From the NCBI GenBank assembly GCA_951406725.2, contig OX597819.1:34720001-34784000 (forward strand): DNA of 64,000 nt, given 5' to 3'. This stretch comes from Octopus vulgaris. Lineage: Eukaryota. The first letter of the stretch is position 1. The number at the start of each line of letters is the position of its first letter. Of this stretch, positions 14,765 to 29,653 are shown piece after piece. The position numbers and the translations under genes were made by a program. The notes beneath the pieces were generated by a model. The model worked only from the letters and a program-made list of their open reading frames with translations, had not been told where the DNA came from and ran no database searches.

Positions 14765-15070
14765 TGGAGGCACATGGCCTAGTGGCCTAGTGCAGCGGAC
14801 TCGCGGTCGAGGGATCGCGGGTTCGAATCTCAGACCGGGTGGTGTGTGTTTATGAGCGAAACACCTAAGCTTTACGCAGCTCCGGTAGAAGGTAATGGCG
14901 AACCTCTACTGACTCTTTCGCCACAACTTTCTCTCACTCTTTCCTCCTGCATCTTGCATCTCACCTGTGACGGACTGGCATTCCGTCCAGGTGGGGAACC
15001 TATACGCCAAGAAACCGGGAAACCGGCCCTTACGAGCCAAGCATGGCTCGAGAAGGAACAAACAACAACA
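14765..15070 (+). mobile_element. tRNA-derived SINE (family C-type head, different body) with TSD
   Basis: tggaggcacatggcctagtgg (A box) and gggttcgaatc (B box); (AAC)n tail; aaagttacatgt duplicated on both sides. Confidence 0.85.
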
Positions 15071-15749
15071 AAGTTACATGTGTACACATTGAATTATACT
15101 GCAAGTGGTTGAGTATGCAGCAGGTGTTATACCCTTAATGTAATTTTTATACATTATCAGCGTGACACGGTCGTATGAAAACACTAAATTTTCGAATTTT
15201 AAGTATAGTCCACTTGTAGCCTTTCCACACAGATTCTGTTCGTCCAAATTCAATCCCGAGACTTCTAGATCGATTCAAAGTAGAAGTCACTTGTTCAATG
15301 TGCTATGTAGTTGAATACAGCCAGGTATTTTGTGATTATGAAGAGAACGAACATTGAGGCTCATACACAAAATATCATGTCAATGCGGAATCAAAAGTTA
15401 AATATTAAAAATTGTTCGTGTTGAATCAAATTACCCCAATTTCAGGACCCCAATTTTAGCAGCGATTAGTCAGAGGGAAATTGTGTTGAGTGTGAGAAGA
15501 ACATTGGAGTCTGTCGAGATTTTTGATAAGCCAAATTTTTATAATGTTGTCGTTACTAAAAACGACGAAACGTCGAGAGAGTTCAGAATATTATTGTTCT
15601 TGGTGCAGTTGTAGTAGCAGATAAAGTGCTGTTAGTTGGCTGTCGGCTACAGACTTCTAATATCGTTCGCCCTCCGATTATTCATTGCATTTGTGTTCTT
15701 AGCTGCTGTTCGTCGTCTCTATTGCCCATCTCCTACAGTGTTTGTCAAT

Positions 15750-15799
<50 letters not shown>

Positions 15800-15848
15800 G
15801 CATCCCAAAGTTCAAGCTCTCTCATGTGGTTCGTAAGCAAGCTACTTA

Positions 15849-16075
15849 CCTATTTCTTTATTGCCCACAAGGGGCTAAACATAGAGGGGATAAACAAGGG
15901 CAGACAAACAGATTAAGTCGATTACATCAACCCCAGTGCATAACTGGTACTTAATTTATAGACCCCGAAAGGATGAAAGGTAAAGTCGACCTCTGCGGAA
16001 TTTGAACCCAGAACGTAACGGCAGACGAAATACGGCTACGCATTTCGCCCGGCGTGCTAACGTTTCTGCCAGCTC
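15849..16075 (-). mobile_element. SINE family B copy
   Basis: Full head-to-tail match to the other B copies. Confidence 0.85.
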
Positions 16076-16689
16076 AGCGTGCTAACGTTTCTGCAAGCTA
16101 CTTACCAAACAGCCACTCCTATGCCTATGTTTGTTTGTTTTTAGCTACCAACATGGTTTGAAACGGAACACAGTGTGGTAGCTGTTCAAACGTTTAGCAA
16201 GACTGGTGAATCTAAGGGGAGTTTTTTGCCGCACCCTATATATATATATATCTGATATTACTCAACTTTTGGCCATATACACTCGTGAATATCTATATTT
16301 TATCGATTATCATTTTATTACCAAAACTTGTCATAAATATGTTTTACTTGATAAATAATACATCGGTTTGATTTCAGTGAACTATTTATCGGAAACATAC
16401 GAAACAATCGTCTTTCGGTGTAACTTCAATTGTAGCATACATGCATGCCCACACACACATTTGTACACACACGTATATGCTCACGTACACACACACACAC
16501 ACAATAGCATAATGTATACACATTTGCATAAATCATGCATGCATACACACACACACACAGATATATGTTTATGTACACACATACATGCATGTACAGTTAC
16601 ATACAGAGACCTGCATACATACGCACATACACAGTTATACATAGACGTATATACCCACCAACAAGCATGCATATACATAGATACAAACA

Positions 16690-17005
16690 TACATACATTC
16701 ATACATACATACATACATACATACATACATACATACATACATACATACATGCATGCATACATACATACATACATGCATGCATACATGCATACATGCATAC
16801 ATGCATACATGCATACATACATACATACATGCATACATGCATACATACATACATACATGCATACATGCATACATACATACATACATATATACATGCGTGC
16901 ATACATACATACATACATACATGCATGCATGCATGCATACATACATACATACATACATACATACATACATACATACATACATACATACATACATACATAC
17001 ATACA
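16690..17005. repeat. (TACA)n/(TGCA)n microsatellite
   Basis: Direct reading. Confidence 0.95.
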
Positions 17006-17340
17006 TTTCTTCTCCCTTTCTGGCACTCCGTCGGTTACGACAACGTGTGTTCCAATTGATACGATCATGGAACTGCTCGTGGAATTAACGTGCTGAGCCC
17101 TCCACAGACACGCTTACCCTTAACATAGTTCTCAAGGATATTCAGCGTGACACAGGATGTGATAAGGCTGAGCTTTTAAAATACAAGCTCTACTCTTTTT
17201 TTACCAGCTGAGTAGACAGGATTAATGTGAAATAAAGTGTCTTGCTCAAGGATACAACGCGCCGGCAGGAGCCAAACTCGCGACATTACGATCGTTAGTT
17301 GAATAGCCTAACAACTTGGCCACGCACCTTCGTGCACACA

Positions 17341-17379
<39 letters not shown>

Positions 17380-17890
17380 ACACACACAGACATGCATACT
17401 CGTAGTCCACTGAAGAAGCTTCTATGTGGTCGCTCGTTTTGTAAGAATTGTAGTCAAACTAAGTATCCAATATAAAATAACACCGAATGTGTCAGAAAAA
17501 ATACAAGACGGACATAACTAGAATGTCGGTCGAAAGATGTCCTTCACATACCGAAATACTTCTCACATGTATAAACGCCGTTAGAGAACGACAGTGGTAA
17601 CAAATCTGCATAAAGTCGGCTCTAAAACACATAACAGTAAGAATCTTATATGCATCTGTAAAGCATAGCTGCAAAGCATGGCGGTTAAGAAGCTCCTTTG
17701 GAACCACGCGGTTTCAGCTTCAGTCCCACTGAGCAATACCTTGGACAAGTGTCTTCTAGTATAGCTCTGCGCCGACCAATGACTCGTGGGTGAATTTGGT
17801 GGACAGAAACTGTGCAGAAGCCCGTTGTATATGAGTATCTTTGTCCCACGATCACAGCTTAATCGTGAGCGGTTCGGCGAAAGAGACATA

Positions 17891-18624
17891 CAGTGATCCC
17901 TCGTTTATCGCGGTAGATTGGTTCCGAGACCGGCCGCGATAACTGAATTTCCGTGAAGTAGGGACACCATATTTACTGTATTTATTTAACGTGTATCTGG
18001 AATTTTAAAACCCTCTCAGTACTGTTAACAACCCACCCATTACAGTAGTCTATTAATAACAAGAACAACTGTTAAGCAATAACACTTTAGATTTTAAAAA
18101 ATAAAGATTGTTACTGTACTCAACACGAAAAAAGTTGAAGTAAAATTTGAATGATGATGGTGATGAATTTGCTGCGCAGTAGAAATGATGATAATGAAGC
18201 TGACGGCGGTGCCCTTTCCCGGGACACCTCTTCCACTTCTTCCGAAAGTGCAGCCGTAGTAGTAGCAGCAGGAACTGCCTCTTTTTTGCGAGGCTGCCAA
18301 AACATTTGGAAGTTGCTGCCGCTGCTTCTTTTTCCGTTCATGACTTCGTCGACCTTGTTGCAAAATTGCACAGAATGAACCATATCATCATCCCATTCCT
18401 GTGATCCCTCTTTCAATTCTTTAACCAGGTTGCAGAGCTTGACCAGCCGTTCCAAAGTCAAGCCAGTTTGGTTGACAACTTCTGTTTCTTGCTGCGTTTC
18501 TTCGTCAAGTATTCGAGGTCTGCGTCGGTTAGCGGCTGGGAGTGGCAGTCTAATAACGTGTCGATGTCTCTAGGTGTTCATATACATACATTTTTAAAAT
18601 CCGCGAAGTAGCGAGAGATCACTG
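17891..18624 (-). mobile_element. Tigger/pogo-like DNA transposon deletion derivative
   Basis: TA|CAGTGATCCCTCG...CGAGAGATCACTG|TA (TIR plus TA TSD). Internal minus-strand transposase C-terminus: LDCHSQPLTDADLE..LTLERL..WDDDMVHSVQFCNKV. Confidence 0.85.
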
Positions 18625-18870
18625 TAAAGTATAAGAAGACATCTGTGGAGTGGGAGTGGTATGTTCGACCAAAACTTTTCAAGGCGATGCAGCTGACCAG
18701 TGACCGAAACAGTGATAAAAGAAACATGACAACAACATTTACAAATATTTAGGGGAAAATAATAATGACGGAAATAAAACAATAACAGAATCACAGTTGT
18801 TACCGCTCTTCCTTCACAACTTCACAGATCGACACTGAACACATTTAACAATAAAAAATATACAGACATA

Positions 18871-19041
18871 GGCGCAGGATTGGCTGTGTGGTAAGTAGCT
18901 TGCTAACCAACCACATGGTTCCGGGTTCAGTCCCACTGCGTGGCATCTTGGGCAGGTGTCTTCTGCTATAGCCCTGGGCTGACCAATGCCTTGTGAGTGG
19001 ATTTGGTAGACGGAAACTGAAAGAAGCCTGTCGTATATATG

Positions 19042-19084
<43 letters not shown>

Positions 19085-19298
19085 ATGTGTTTGTGTGTTA
19101 GTGTGTCTCTCCCCCTAGCATTGCTTGACAACCGATGCTGGTGTGTTTACGTCCCCGTCACTAGCGGTTCGGCAAAAGAGACCGATAGAATAAGTACTGG
19201 GCTTACAAAGAATAAGTGCTGGGGTCGATTTACTCGACTAAAAGGCGGTGCTTCAGCATGGCCGCAGTCAAATGACTGAAACAAGTAAAAGAGTAAAA
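18871..19298 (+). mobile_element. SINE family A
   Basis: Full-length match to 2900-3310. Confidence 0.9.
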
Positions 19299-19961
19299 AA
19301 AGTGTAAAGAGAGACAAATATAGAAACATCATAAACATGACGACATTAAAAATTTTAAATATTCTAAAATTATAACACTAATCTTTTTAAAAACAGTGTA
19401 ATGATGATATTAAGAGGTTTTATTATCACTCACAATATCCACCGAGAAATAATTCAGAAACATACTTACGACCTAAGCACTGACTTCCCACGATTCCAAT
19501 TTATACGCAAATCAAACTATGCTGATCTTTTCACAATGGAGGTGGTCTCATAACATACAAGATAAACTGATTCTCATATGATACAATGGAGAGGAAAAGT
19601 GAAAACTAGCAAACATTTATATTCACCACAAACCACGAAACTGACAATGAAATAATATACACGCTTATTGGTAACATTACCACCGACAGTCTCGTCACAT
19701 CCTATGTCACATGAACAACCGCTAATAACATTCTTATTCTGTAACACGAAGCAAATGTCCTTTTCTGACATTTCCTGAAAATCTGCAACCAAAACCTACA
19801 CAAAGACAGGAACGCAAAAATAAAAAAAAAATGCGCACGTTAACCACGTTAACCACGAGTTTACCTTCCCAGTCTTCCATTAGATACCTATAAAGCATTA
19901 GACAAATCTTAAAACTAAAAAGCATAAGGCCCTGAAAAAAATCACAAGTATCCATCTAAAG

Positions 19962-20140
19962 CAGTGGTCCTCAACCATTTCTTACCAATGGACCACCTTT
20001 CGTTCCTATTTTATTCAGCTGGACCCCAACAACCATTCGGTAGTTTTAAAAAGTGTAACGAATTTATTGCAGATAAATTTTAATGACGAAATCTTATATG
20101 AACCCCCAAGGTTCATGTGAACCCCGATTGAGAAACACTA
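19962..20140. mobile_element. hAT-type MITE
   Basis: CAGTGGTCCTCAACC...GATTGAGAAACACTA termini; 8-bp TSD atctaaag. Related copy at ~44868-45103. Confidence 0.8.
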
Positions 20141-20999
20141 ATCTAAAGCATTCAAGGGACTTGCAGAATCATTACAATCACCATCATCTACAACTATATG
20201 TATCAAATTCCCAGGATCTGGTAAGTTGACAAACTTATAACAATAAAAAATCTCAATAAAAATCCCAAGTGAAGCAACAGACCTTAACCCCTTCTATGTA
20301 CATCTTCAAAGATTCTAAACTATCAAATCTAGATATCTCCCTTGCAAACGCATTCACACGAAGGCTCATACAAACATAAAAGTAAATAATTCCACGGTTT
20401 CGACGATGACTGTTCCACTTGTTTGATCAACTGAACTACTTACCTACTGGTTTACTTGCGTGTGTGGCTGAGTGCACCAACATGTGTCCTGGAATGTGAC
20501 CCTGTAGATCACGAAGAACTTTTGAAGGACAGGTACAGTAGTGCATACAAAGGGCTTCCACACAAGTTATTTAAATGTATTCTATCGGAAGATGTTAAAT
20601 GAAATACCTTACCAAAAATCCGACATTCGCAATTAAGGCAGTATTAAATTAAAATAGACAGCTAAGTATCATACTGACAGTATATACTGTTAAATTAAAA
20701 TAGGCAGTATTAAATTAAAATAGACAGCTAAGTATCATAATTAATGTACATACCGTTGAAAGGCCAATTACTACAGCATTCTTTTTGCGAATATATGTCA
20801 CTGAGGAGACCCAAAAGTGCCGAAATGAATATGATGTTCACGATGGCCGCTGCTGAGGCGACTTTTCATCTCTCTCTAATATTTATTGTGTTTGTAACAC
20901 AGCAGATCATTAAAAGCAGTTATCTCAGGACGAAAGCTGCAGTAAATGGCCAATTAATGGTGTATATAGATTGAGTATGATGTACAGATAACTATTTTA

Positions 21000-21730
21000 G
21001 CATAACTATCTATCTATATAAAGGCCACCTTCGGTCATGGCTGACCATCGGTATCACATCCGTCCATTTATTGTCTAGGTTGGGCCGCTTGGCTTGAGTA
21101 GCGCCTCCTGTGGCTATGGAGACCAATGCGAAGAGGGATTTGAATGGGTGGCCGTCTTGCTCTGCATTGGTCCCAGCGCCCTATTGATGCTGTCGTACAT
21201 CCCTCTGATGTCGCCAGTTGCGGCGGTCATATGGATCTACTCTCACGCTAAGCTCTGTCAAGTACTCAATGGCGCAGCGCCTGGTGGTGTGCTGGACCTT
21301 GCTCCTGGCAGCTCTTAGAATCTGCAGGTTCCTCTCAGTGGGTGACCGCTTGTATTCTGCCAGTGCGCCTCGTTTGGCCTCAATTACAGGGGTCATCTCA
21401 AGCGACTTGGCCTTGAACCAGTCAAGTGACTTTGGGGTCTTCTTTACGAAGATACACTAGGCTGTGCGATGGATTGTGTCTCGCAGAGTTTCCCATCTCT
21501 CTGTGTCAGTATCTATGGACTGTGTTGCATCATACTCCTCCTCAAAAGACTCTGCAAACTGTTCTACAAGGTTGGGCTGAGACATCTTGTTGACATCGAT
21601 GTGTGAGGTCCCCGGTTTCTTTGCACGGTGGAATTTTGGGGGTTGCAGCCTGATCTTGCGGCACACCAAGGAGTGGTCTGTGTCGCAGTCTGCACTGTGA
21701 TAAGACCGCGTGTGGAGAACTATCCATGAT
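21000..21730 (-). mobile_element. Internally deleted RTE-clade LINE fragment with TSD
   Basis: TRSYHSADCDTDHSLV (end of APE endonuclease), WETLRDTIHRTA, MTPVIEAKR..ARSKVQHTTRRCA. 14-bp direct repeat agataactatttta at 20986 and 21735. Confidence 0.8.
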
Positions 21731-22073
21731 GCATAGATAACTATTTTAACCCCATGCTGAGGCACCGCCTTAAAGGGGTTTGTCGAACAAATCGACCACA
21801 GTATTTGTAATTTTTTGCTTCTTTTTATTTGATACTTATTCAATGAGGCCAAACCGATAAGTTACAGGGACATAAACAAATTATCACCAGTTATCAAATG
21901 GTGGTGAGGGACAAACATAACAGATACACCCACAAGTCTTTGGTCGGGCCTGTGCTATACTAGAAGACACTTGCCGAAGATGCCACACAGTGGAACTAAA
22001 CTCTAACACTACATGGTTTGGAAGCAAGCTTCTTAACCAAACAGCCACGCTTGCACCTATATGTATATATATA

Positions 22074-22116
<43 letters not shown>

Positions 22117-22128
22117 GAAACTGATTGC

Positions 22129-22174
22129 CCTGAACTGACGACGAGCAATAGACTCAGAAACATATGTCTTCAGG
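22129..22174 (+). ncRNA. Minimal type-I hammerhead ribozyme motif inside a ~220 bp insert (22116-22337) in (TA)n
   Basis: cctgaa CTGACGA c-gag-caataga-ctc-a GAAA catatg TC ttcagg: perfect 6-bp stem I, intact core, palindromic stem III, GUC cleavage triplet. Confidence 0.8.
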
Positions 22175-22337
22175 TGCTTAGTCCCAGCTGGCGAGGGTGA
22201 TTGCTTCCCCTTTGCAAATATAAGGACACAGAAAATGTGTCAAAGCCGACCGGAGACGTCGATGTTTCCTAGGGCTAAATGGCAGTAGTGTAATTCCCTT
22301 ACGGGACTGTCACATAGAGTTGACAGTATACGACCAC

Positions 22338-22440
<103 letters not shown>

Positions 22441-22762
22441 CCTCCCTACGAAGGTTGTGTGTCTACAGAAGACATCACTATAGCAACACATTTGATTATA
22501 CTGATGGAGTAAAACAGTAGGATCGATACCCAGTAAGATATTTTATAGTCCTAAGTTCGGAGTATCGATTTTTATCAACTGTAGACCTCCACCCAGTTCC
22601 ACTTAAAATAACAAGCAAAAGGAAAATGGCCTTCTGCTGAGTCAAAAGAAATAAATTTCTATAAATAAAAACTGTTAAAATTGTCAGTATTTATATAATC
22701 GATGATTATATCTTCCACCGACCTTTCAAATAGGAACAATCAACGACTACGCACACGCAAGC

Positions 22763-22890
<128 letters not shown>

Positions 22891-23010
22891 GTAAAACTTT
22901 AAGGCAGCGAGCGGGCAGAATCGTTGGCACGCCGGGTAAAATGCTTAGAGCTAAGTTACGAGGATGTAAACAAACCAACACCTCATTCACCAACACACAT
23001 ATATATATAA

Positions 23011-23231
23011 AAGGCGGCGAGCAGGCAGAAATGTTAGCACGCCGGGCGAAATGCGTAGCCATATTTCGTCTGCCATTACGTTCAAATTCCGCCGAGGTCC
23101 ACTTTGCCTTTCATCCTTTCGGTGTCGATAAATTAAGTACCAGTTGCGCACTGGGGTCGATGTAATCGACTTAATCCGTTTGTCTGTCCTTGTTTGTCCC
23201 CTATGTGTTTAGCCCCTTGTGGGTAGTAAAG

Positions 23232-23236
<5 letters not shown>
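23011..23236 (+). mobile_element. SINE family B copy
   Basis: Full-length match to the other B copies. Confidence 0.85.
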
Positions 23237-23285
<49 letters not shown>

Positions 23286-23339
23286 CTCAATTGTGGACTA
23301 TATTAGACATATATTTATGTATATATATGTGTGTGTATG

Positions 23340-23380
<41 letters not shown>

Positions 23381-23382
<2 letters not shown>

Positions 23383-23815
23383 CAAAGATAAGCAGAGTTA
23401 GCGGTTGTAGTAACCGTCTAAGGGATAAAAATATCCGTATTTACTATCGGTATCAGTTACCTGTGCTATCCCTGGGCATGGGTATGCAGGCACACTATGC
23501 TCGTAGGGTACAGGTAACAACAAAATAGACAAAAGTATAACAGGAATCAAATTATATAATAAGAAAATGGAGAAAACTTTTTTCACCAACAAGCAAACAA
23601 TTTGGACCACATAACATTTCTATGACATAACATTTCTTACGGCCGTTTCCGCTTCCAATGCCAGGTGTAAGCCCCGACTGGCATTGGAAGCGGAAACAAC
23701 CGTAAGAATTGTTATGTCAGGTTTTGTATTAAAAAATAATCTACAGATGTGGTCCTACTTGTTAGTTTGTTAATCATTTTCTAATTATTTAAATTTATAT
23801 ATTCATATTTTATAT
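23381..23815. mobile_element. Penelope-like insert next to (TA)n, with a 42-bp inverted repeat (23623-23664/23678-23719) carrying hammerhead 3' halves
   Basis: Minus strand reads GAAAcggccgTAagaaatg (palindromic stem III). The arms pair with few mismatches. Confidence 0.5.
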
Positions 23816-24251
23816 ATTTACATCCATATGCACGCACACACACACATGCAATACATTTAGTGGCTTAACAGGAGGAGGAGGAGGAGGGGGAGGAGGAGGA
23901 TTCTCTATCATTTTCGATATTGCCGTTATGGTGCCAAACTTTGAAAGAATCAATTTTTTAACTACTTTCGTAAAAGTGTTGTGTGGAGACCAACATATTA
24001 AAGAATAGAACCAGCCTTTCCTTTGCGTCCCGTAAAAGTCGACTAAGAAAATGGCTGAGGTAGGATTTTCATTCCGACCTCGTAAAACCCTCACAAGCAA
24101 CGACTAGCCAAACAGATCCATGGATTGGAAAGTTGTCACCTGAGATTTACCAAAGTGTCATCTGACAGTAGTAGGGAATCACTAACAAATGTTACAGCCT
24201 CCATACTAGTACTACTAGTATACTAAAGTAGAAACTAACGACGGGGCGAAC

Positions 24252-24351
24252 NNNNNNNNNNNNNNNNNNNNNNNNNNNNNNNNNNNNNNNNNNNNNNNNN
24301 NNNNNNNNNNNNNNNNNNNNNNNNNNNNNNNNNNNNNNNNNNNNNNNNNNN
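24252..24351. other. Assembly gap (100 N)
   Basis: N run. The same 14-mer acgacggggcgaac lies on both sides, suggesting overlapping contig ends. Confidence 0.95.
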
Positions 24352-24445
24352 ACGACGGGGCGAACGGGCTGCAGGAGCAATCTTCAGATGAAGAACTTTT
24401 CGTCAAACAAGTGTTTCAGCTCGTTAGTTTCTCCTCACTCTAAGG

Positions 24446-24736
24446 CAGTGGTTCCCAAACTTTTCCGGGCTGCCGCCCCTTTGACACCCAGCTCACATTC
24501 CTACCCAACTAACCATCATAAAAATAGACCCCAACAAACCATCACAAAGATAGACCTCTTTCTGAAATAAATTCAAAGCAACTGTATTTCACAAATAATA
24601 TTTAACCTGATGAACTCATTATTTTGTTGTTTTTACATGAATCCTGACCCCCTTATCGCTCCACTTTCCTTCAACATCCCCTTGGGGATTTTCACCGCCT
24701 CCAGGGAGGCAATACCTCCCACTTTGGGAACCACTG
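24446..24736. mobile_element. hAT (MER5/Charlie-like) MITE
   Basis: CAGTGGTTCCCAAA...TTTGGGAACCACTG TIRs; 8-bp TSD ctctaagg/ctctaggg. Confidence 0.85.
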
Positions 24737-24919
24737 CTCTAGGGGAACCAGACCCACCTAGATAATGACTTCTGTTTTTAGGGAAATTTGAACTTGGCAT
24801 CTTCAAATGAGCTTGTCGTTCGGCCACAAAGACCACCGCAAGAACTTGCACTGCTTCAAACTGGGTTTCCTTCCTAATATGTTTAATGGCTTTTTGTATT
24901 CCCTTTCAGCTTCAGCAAT

Positions 24920-25200
24920 CATTTCTCTTCACCTGTACCCGCATTGAGTTCTTCTCAGCGGTCTCTGACAGGCGTTTCATTGTCGCTGTTGATTTTGCAG
25001 CCTTTGATTCTGAGCCAACATTAGTACTTGGCATATGGATTTACGACAAACACTCGTGAGCCAAAATCCACTGCTTTTACTGTGCAAGAGTACCCCACTT
25101 TTGAGGGCTCTTTCACAAGGTCATCGTATTTTTTAATATATTGTTCATCTACTTGTCACCCATAAGGGACTGTCAGCTCGACCAAGATGAGTCTGGCATC
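24920..25200 (-). mobile_element. HERO-like RLE LINE 3' relic
   Basis: LILVELTVPYG*..IKKYDDLVKE..SCTVKAVDFGSRVFV..MKRLSETAEKNS, resembling the ELTVPWE..KY..VEVGCRGF..LSEAAEKAS pattern. Confidence 0.6.
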
Positions 25201-25201
25201 T

Positions 25202-25321
25202 GATATTGTTGACAATTTGCCAAATTCCTCTATTCTACTTTGGAGCCGAAAAACTGACTGATTACAGTCAGTTTTTCCTCCAAAGTAGAATAGAGGAATT
25301 TGGCAAATTGTCAACAATATC
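25202..25321. repeat. Near-perfect 120-bp palindrome
   Basis: 57-bp arms, one 2-nt bulge (cc) and a 4-nt loop (atta). Confidence 0.9.
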
Positions 25322-25368
25322 CCGTGTGCGTGTATTTGTGTGTGCGTGCGTGTGGGTGTCTGTGTGTG

Positions 25369-25413
<45 letters not shown>

Positions 25414-25464
25414 ATGTTAGTGTAACTTATTTTAATCATCATTTCTCTCTCTATCTCTCTATCT

Positions 25465-25503
<39 letters not shown>

Positions 25504-26084
25504 TGTGTGTGTGTATATATATGAAAAAAGATCCTGAGGCTTAAATTTCATACCGGTGACAACTCTAGTTGATTTCTCTTAATCATGTGCATGAATGTTT
25601 TAGGTATCCTCCGCGTTGCGACCACCGCAGGTTACGGAATTTCGCACTTACAGAAATTGAAAAATACGACCTTTAATTTCAGGACACGATCTGTAATTTC
25701 TCTCTTACGGAAACTCCTATTGTGTTTTAAATTGCTAACAAGCATCTTTTCGGTTTGACTGGCAGATTTTTAAAATAACTTCTTTGTAACTAAACACTTT
25801 TAAACTTCGTATACTGGTAGAATGTGTTTATAAAACATCTTTTTCTCTTGGCTTTCTTGAGAAAATTCTGTAGTTTGTAAAATATTTGGTCTTTAACTTC
25901 TTAATTTTCGGCAATTTCAACCAATCAATGACGTCTATTGAGGTGAAAACAATATCTGCCGAAGTCTGTCAACAGCAATTTTGCGCCAACAAATGACAAC
26001 TCACGGTTACGTGCGCAACGAGAGCTAGCAGTTTGCCGAATAACACCACTGTGCTTACTTTGCAAGTTGTGAAACTTGTTTTTT

Positions 26085-26498
26085 ATTTCTTTATTGCCCA
26101 CAAGGCAATAGAGAGGACAAATAAAGACAGACAAAGGGATTAAGTCGACTACATCGACCCCAGTAGGCAACTGGTACTTAATTTATCAGCCCCGGAAGAA
26201 TGAAAGGCAAAGTCGACCTCGGCGGAATTTGAACTCAGAACGTAACGGCAGACGAAATACCTATTTCTATTTCTTTACTACCCACAAGGGGCTAAACACA
26301 GAGAGGACAAACAAGGACAGACAAACGGATTTAGTCGATTATATTGGCCCCAGTGCATAACTGGTACTTATTTAATCGACCCCGAAAGGATGAAAGGCAA
26401 AGTGAACCTCGGCGGAATTTGAACTCAGAACGTAACGGCAGACGAAATACCGCTAAGCATTTCGCCCGGCGTGCTAACGTCTCTGCCAGCTCGCCGCC
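26085..26498 (-). mobile_element. SINE family B tandem dimer
   Basis: Junction gacgaaata|cctatttc at ~26260. Confidence 0.85.
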
Positions 26499-26499
26499 T

Positions 26500-27268
26500 A
26501 GTTGTGAAACTTGTGTTTTTGTGATCACGTGTATGCTGTTGTCTGCGGTTTTGTCATGGATTGGAGCAAAGAGCTAACGTGAAATTCTGCGTTAAATTTG
26601 GGAAGTATATTACAGAGGCATTGAGTACGCTTCCGTAATCTTACGGCGGCGAAGCGATGGCTCTTACGTAATGTTTCGAGTGGCACGGGCACTTCAAAAG
26701 CGGAAGAACGTCCCTGCAAGATTTGCCACGAGTGCGTCATCCCCGGAAATGTCGTAGTGTGCATCGAGAGTTGCCCCACCCTCGGGGGGGGGGGACAGAC
26801 CATCAATCGAGGGTTCTACTGTGACGTTTTGAAGCGTTGGTGGGGGGGATTTGCCGAAAGTGACCGGAACTGTAGAGAGCGAAGAATTGGATTCTTCACG
26901 ATGACAATGCACCCTGTAACCAAGCTCTCCTAACTCGTGAGTTTCTCACCAAAAACAACATTATATCGCTTCCGCACTCGCCCAGTTTGTCAGATTTAGC
27001 ACCTGTGGACTTCCATCTCTTCCCAAGATGAAAATGCAGCTCAAAGGTCGCCATTTTAACACCGTTGTGGAGATCCAGAACGAATTGCTGATTGTCCTCG
27101 ACTCACAGAAAACGACTTCAAGGCGGGATTCCAAAAGTGGCGGGAACGCTGGAACCGGTGAATTGCTGCGCAAGGTGACTGTTCCGAAGGAGACGATGTT
27201 AAAACTTAGGTAAATACGTTTGTTTTTATTAGAAATAACTAGTCCTGGAACCTTTTGATACCACCTCG
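26500..27268 (+). pseudogene. Mariner transposase relic with internal deletion and probable 3' TIR
   Basis: EQRANVKFCVKFGK; QTINRGFYCDVLKR; WILHDDNAP..HSPSLSDLAPVDFHLFP/KMKMQLKGRHF (DD34D-type motifs). Ends ggaaccttttgataccacctcg. Confidence 0.85.
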
Positions 27269-27796
27269 AAGAGGAAGGTCTACAGGTTTTTGCTGATAAT
27301 GATCCTAATTGTGAACGTAACATGAAAATTACAAGAAGAGTTTACAATGGACTCTGTTCCGATGCTGAACTGTACAAAAAGATGATACGTCATAATCCAC
27401 TAACAACTTTGGATAAGCCCTTCACTCCTCAAGCTGATGTTCGTGACGAAAAGCTATAAGATAGTAAATATTGTTCATCATCCTCATAATGACGCTCGTT
27501 CCACCACCTCCCCTCACACAATGGTCCACATTTTTTGTGGTAAGAACATACTCTTACGATATTACGGTTCTTATTAATTCCCTAAAGTATTCCTCTTGAT
27601 ATGTTCTTTTGCGTTTTTGCGTATCTATATTGTACCGTGTATATATATAGAAGTAGATATTTTCATGTATAAAGGTGATCGTGTTATTTATTCGCTGTTG
27701 TTGTTGGGTTTTTTTTGTGTTTCATTCTGTCTTTTTTTCGTTTTTCTTTCGTAAAAGTATGTAGAAATGCAACCTCGCTTGATAATATGAAAATCA

Positions 27797-28653
<857 letters not shown>

Positions 28654-28681
28654 ATGTTGATTTTGCAGCCTTTGATTCTGA

Positions 28682-29344
<663 letters not shown>

Positions 29345-29600
29345 AAATTAAGGATAAAATCTTTATAAGAAATTATCAGTAGTTAGCGTGAAAAACCTCG
29401 TAAGATTTTAGTGTGAAGCCCTTTAGCTTCAATCAAAGTTTGACATTTTCGACTGCATGGGGAAATTAAATTTTCAATTTCTTGCTTGTATTTATTGTCT
29501 GTGAAAATTATAGAATATAAAACAACTTTGATAATAACTTATACCTACTTTTCTGACGAAAACAATGCCGTTCTGAACATTTTGGCCGCAACTGTATATA

Positions 29601-29653
<53 letters not shown>

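Noticed and set aside
14765-14840. tRNA-like sequences (also heads at 18871, 36690-36765, 57053-57119, ~60000)
   Set aside because: A/B boxes continue into SINE bodies and no complete cloverleaf is evident; these are SINE heads, not tRNA genes.
19400-20380. Possible LINE endonuclease relic (GGGLITY-like motif)
   Set aside because: Too degenerate to assign from sequence alone.
24238-24365. 14-bp direct repeat around the N run as a TSD
   Set aside because: More simply explained as overlapping contig ends at a scaffold gap.
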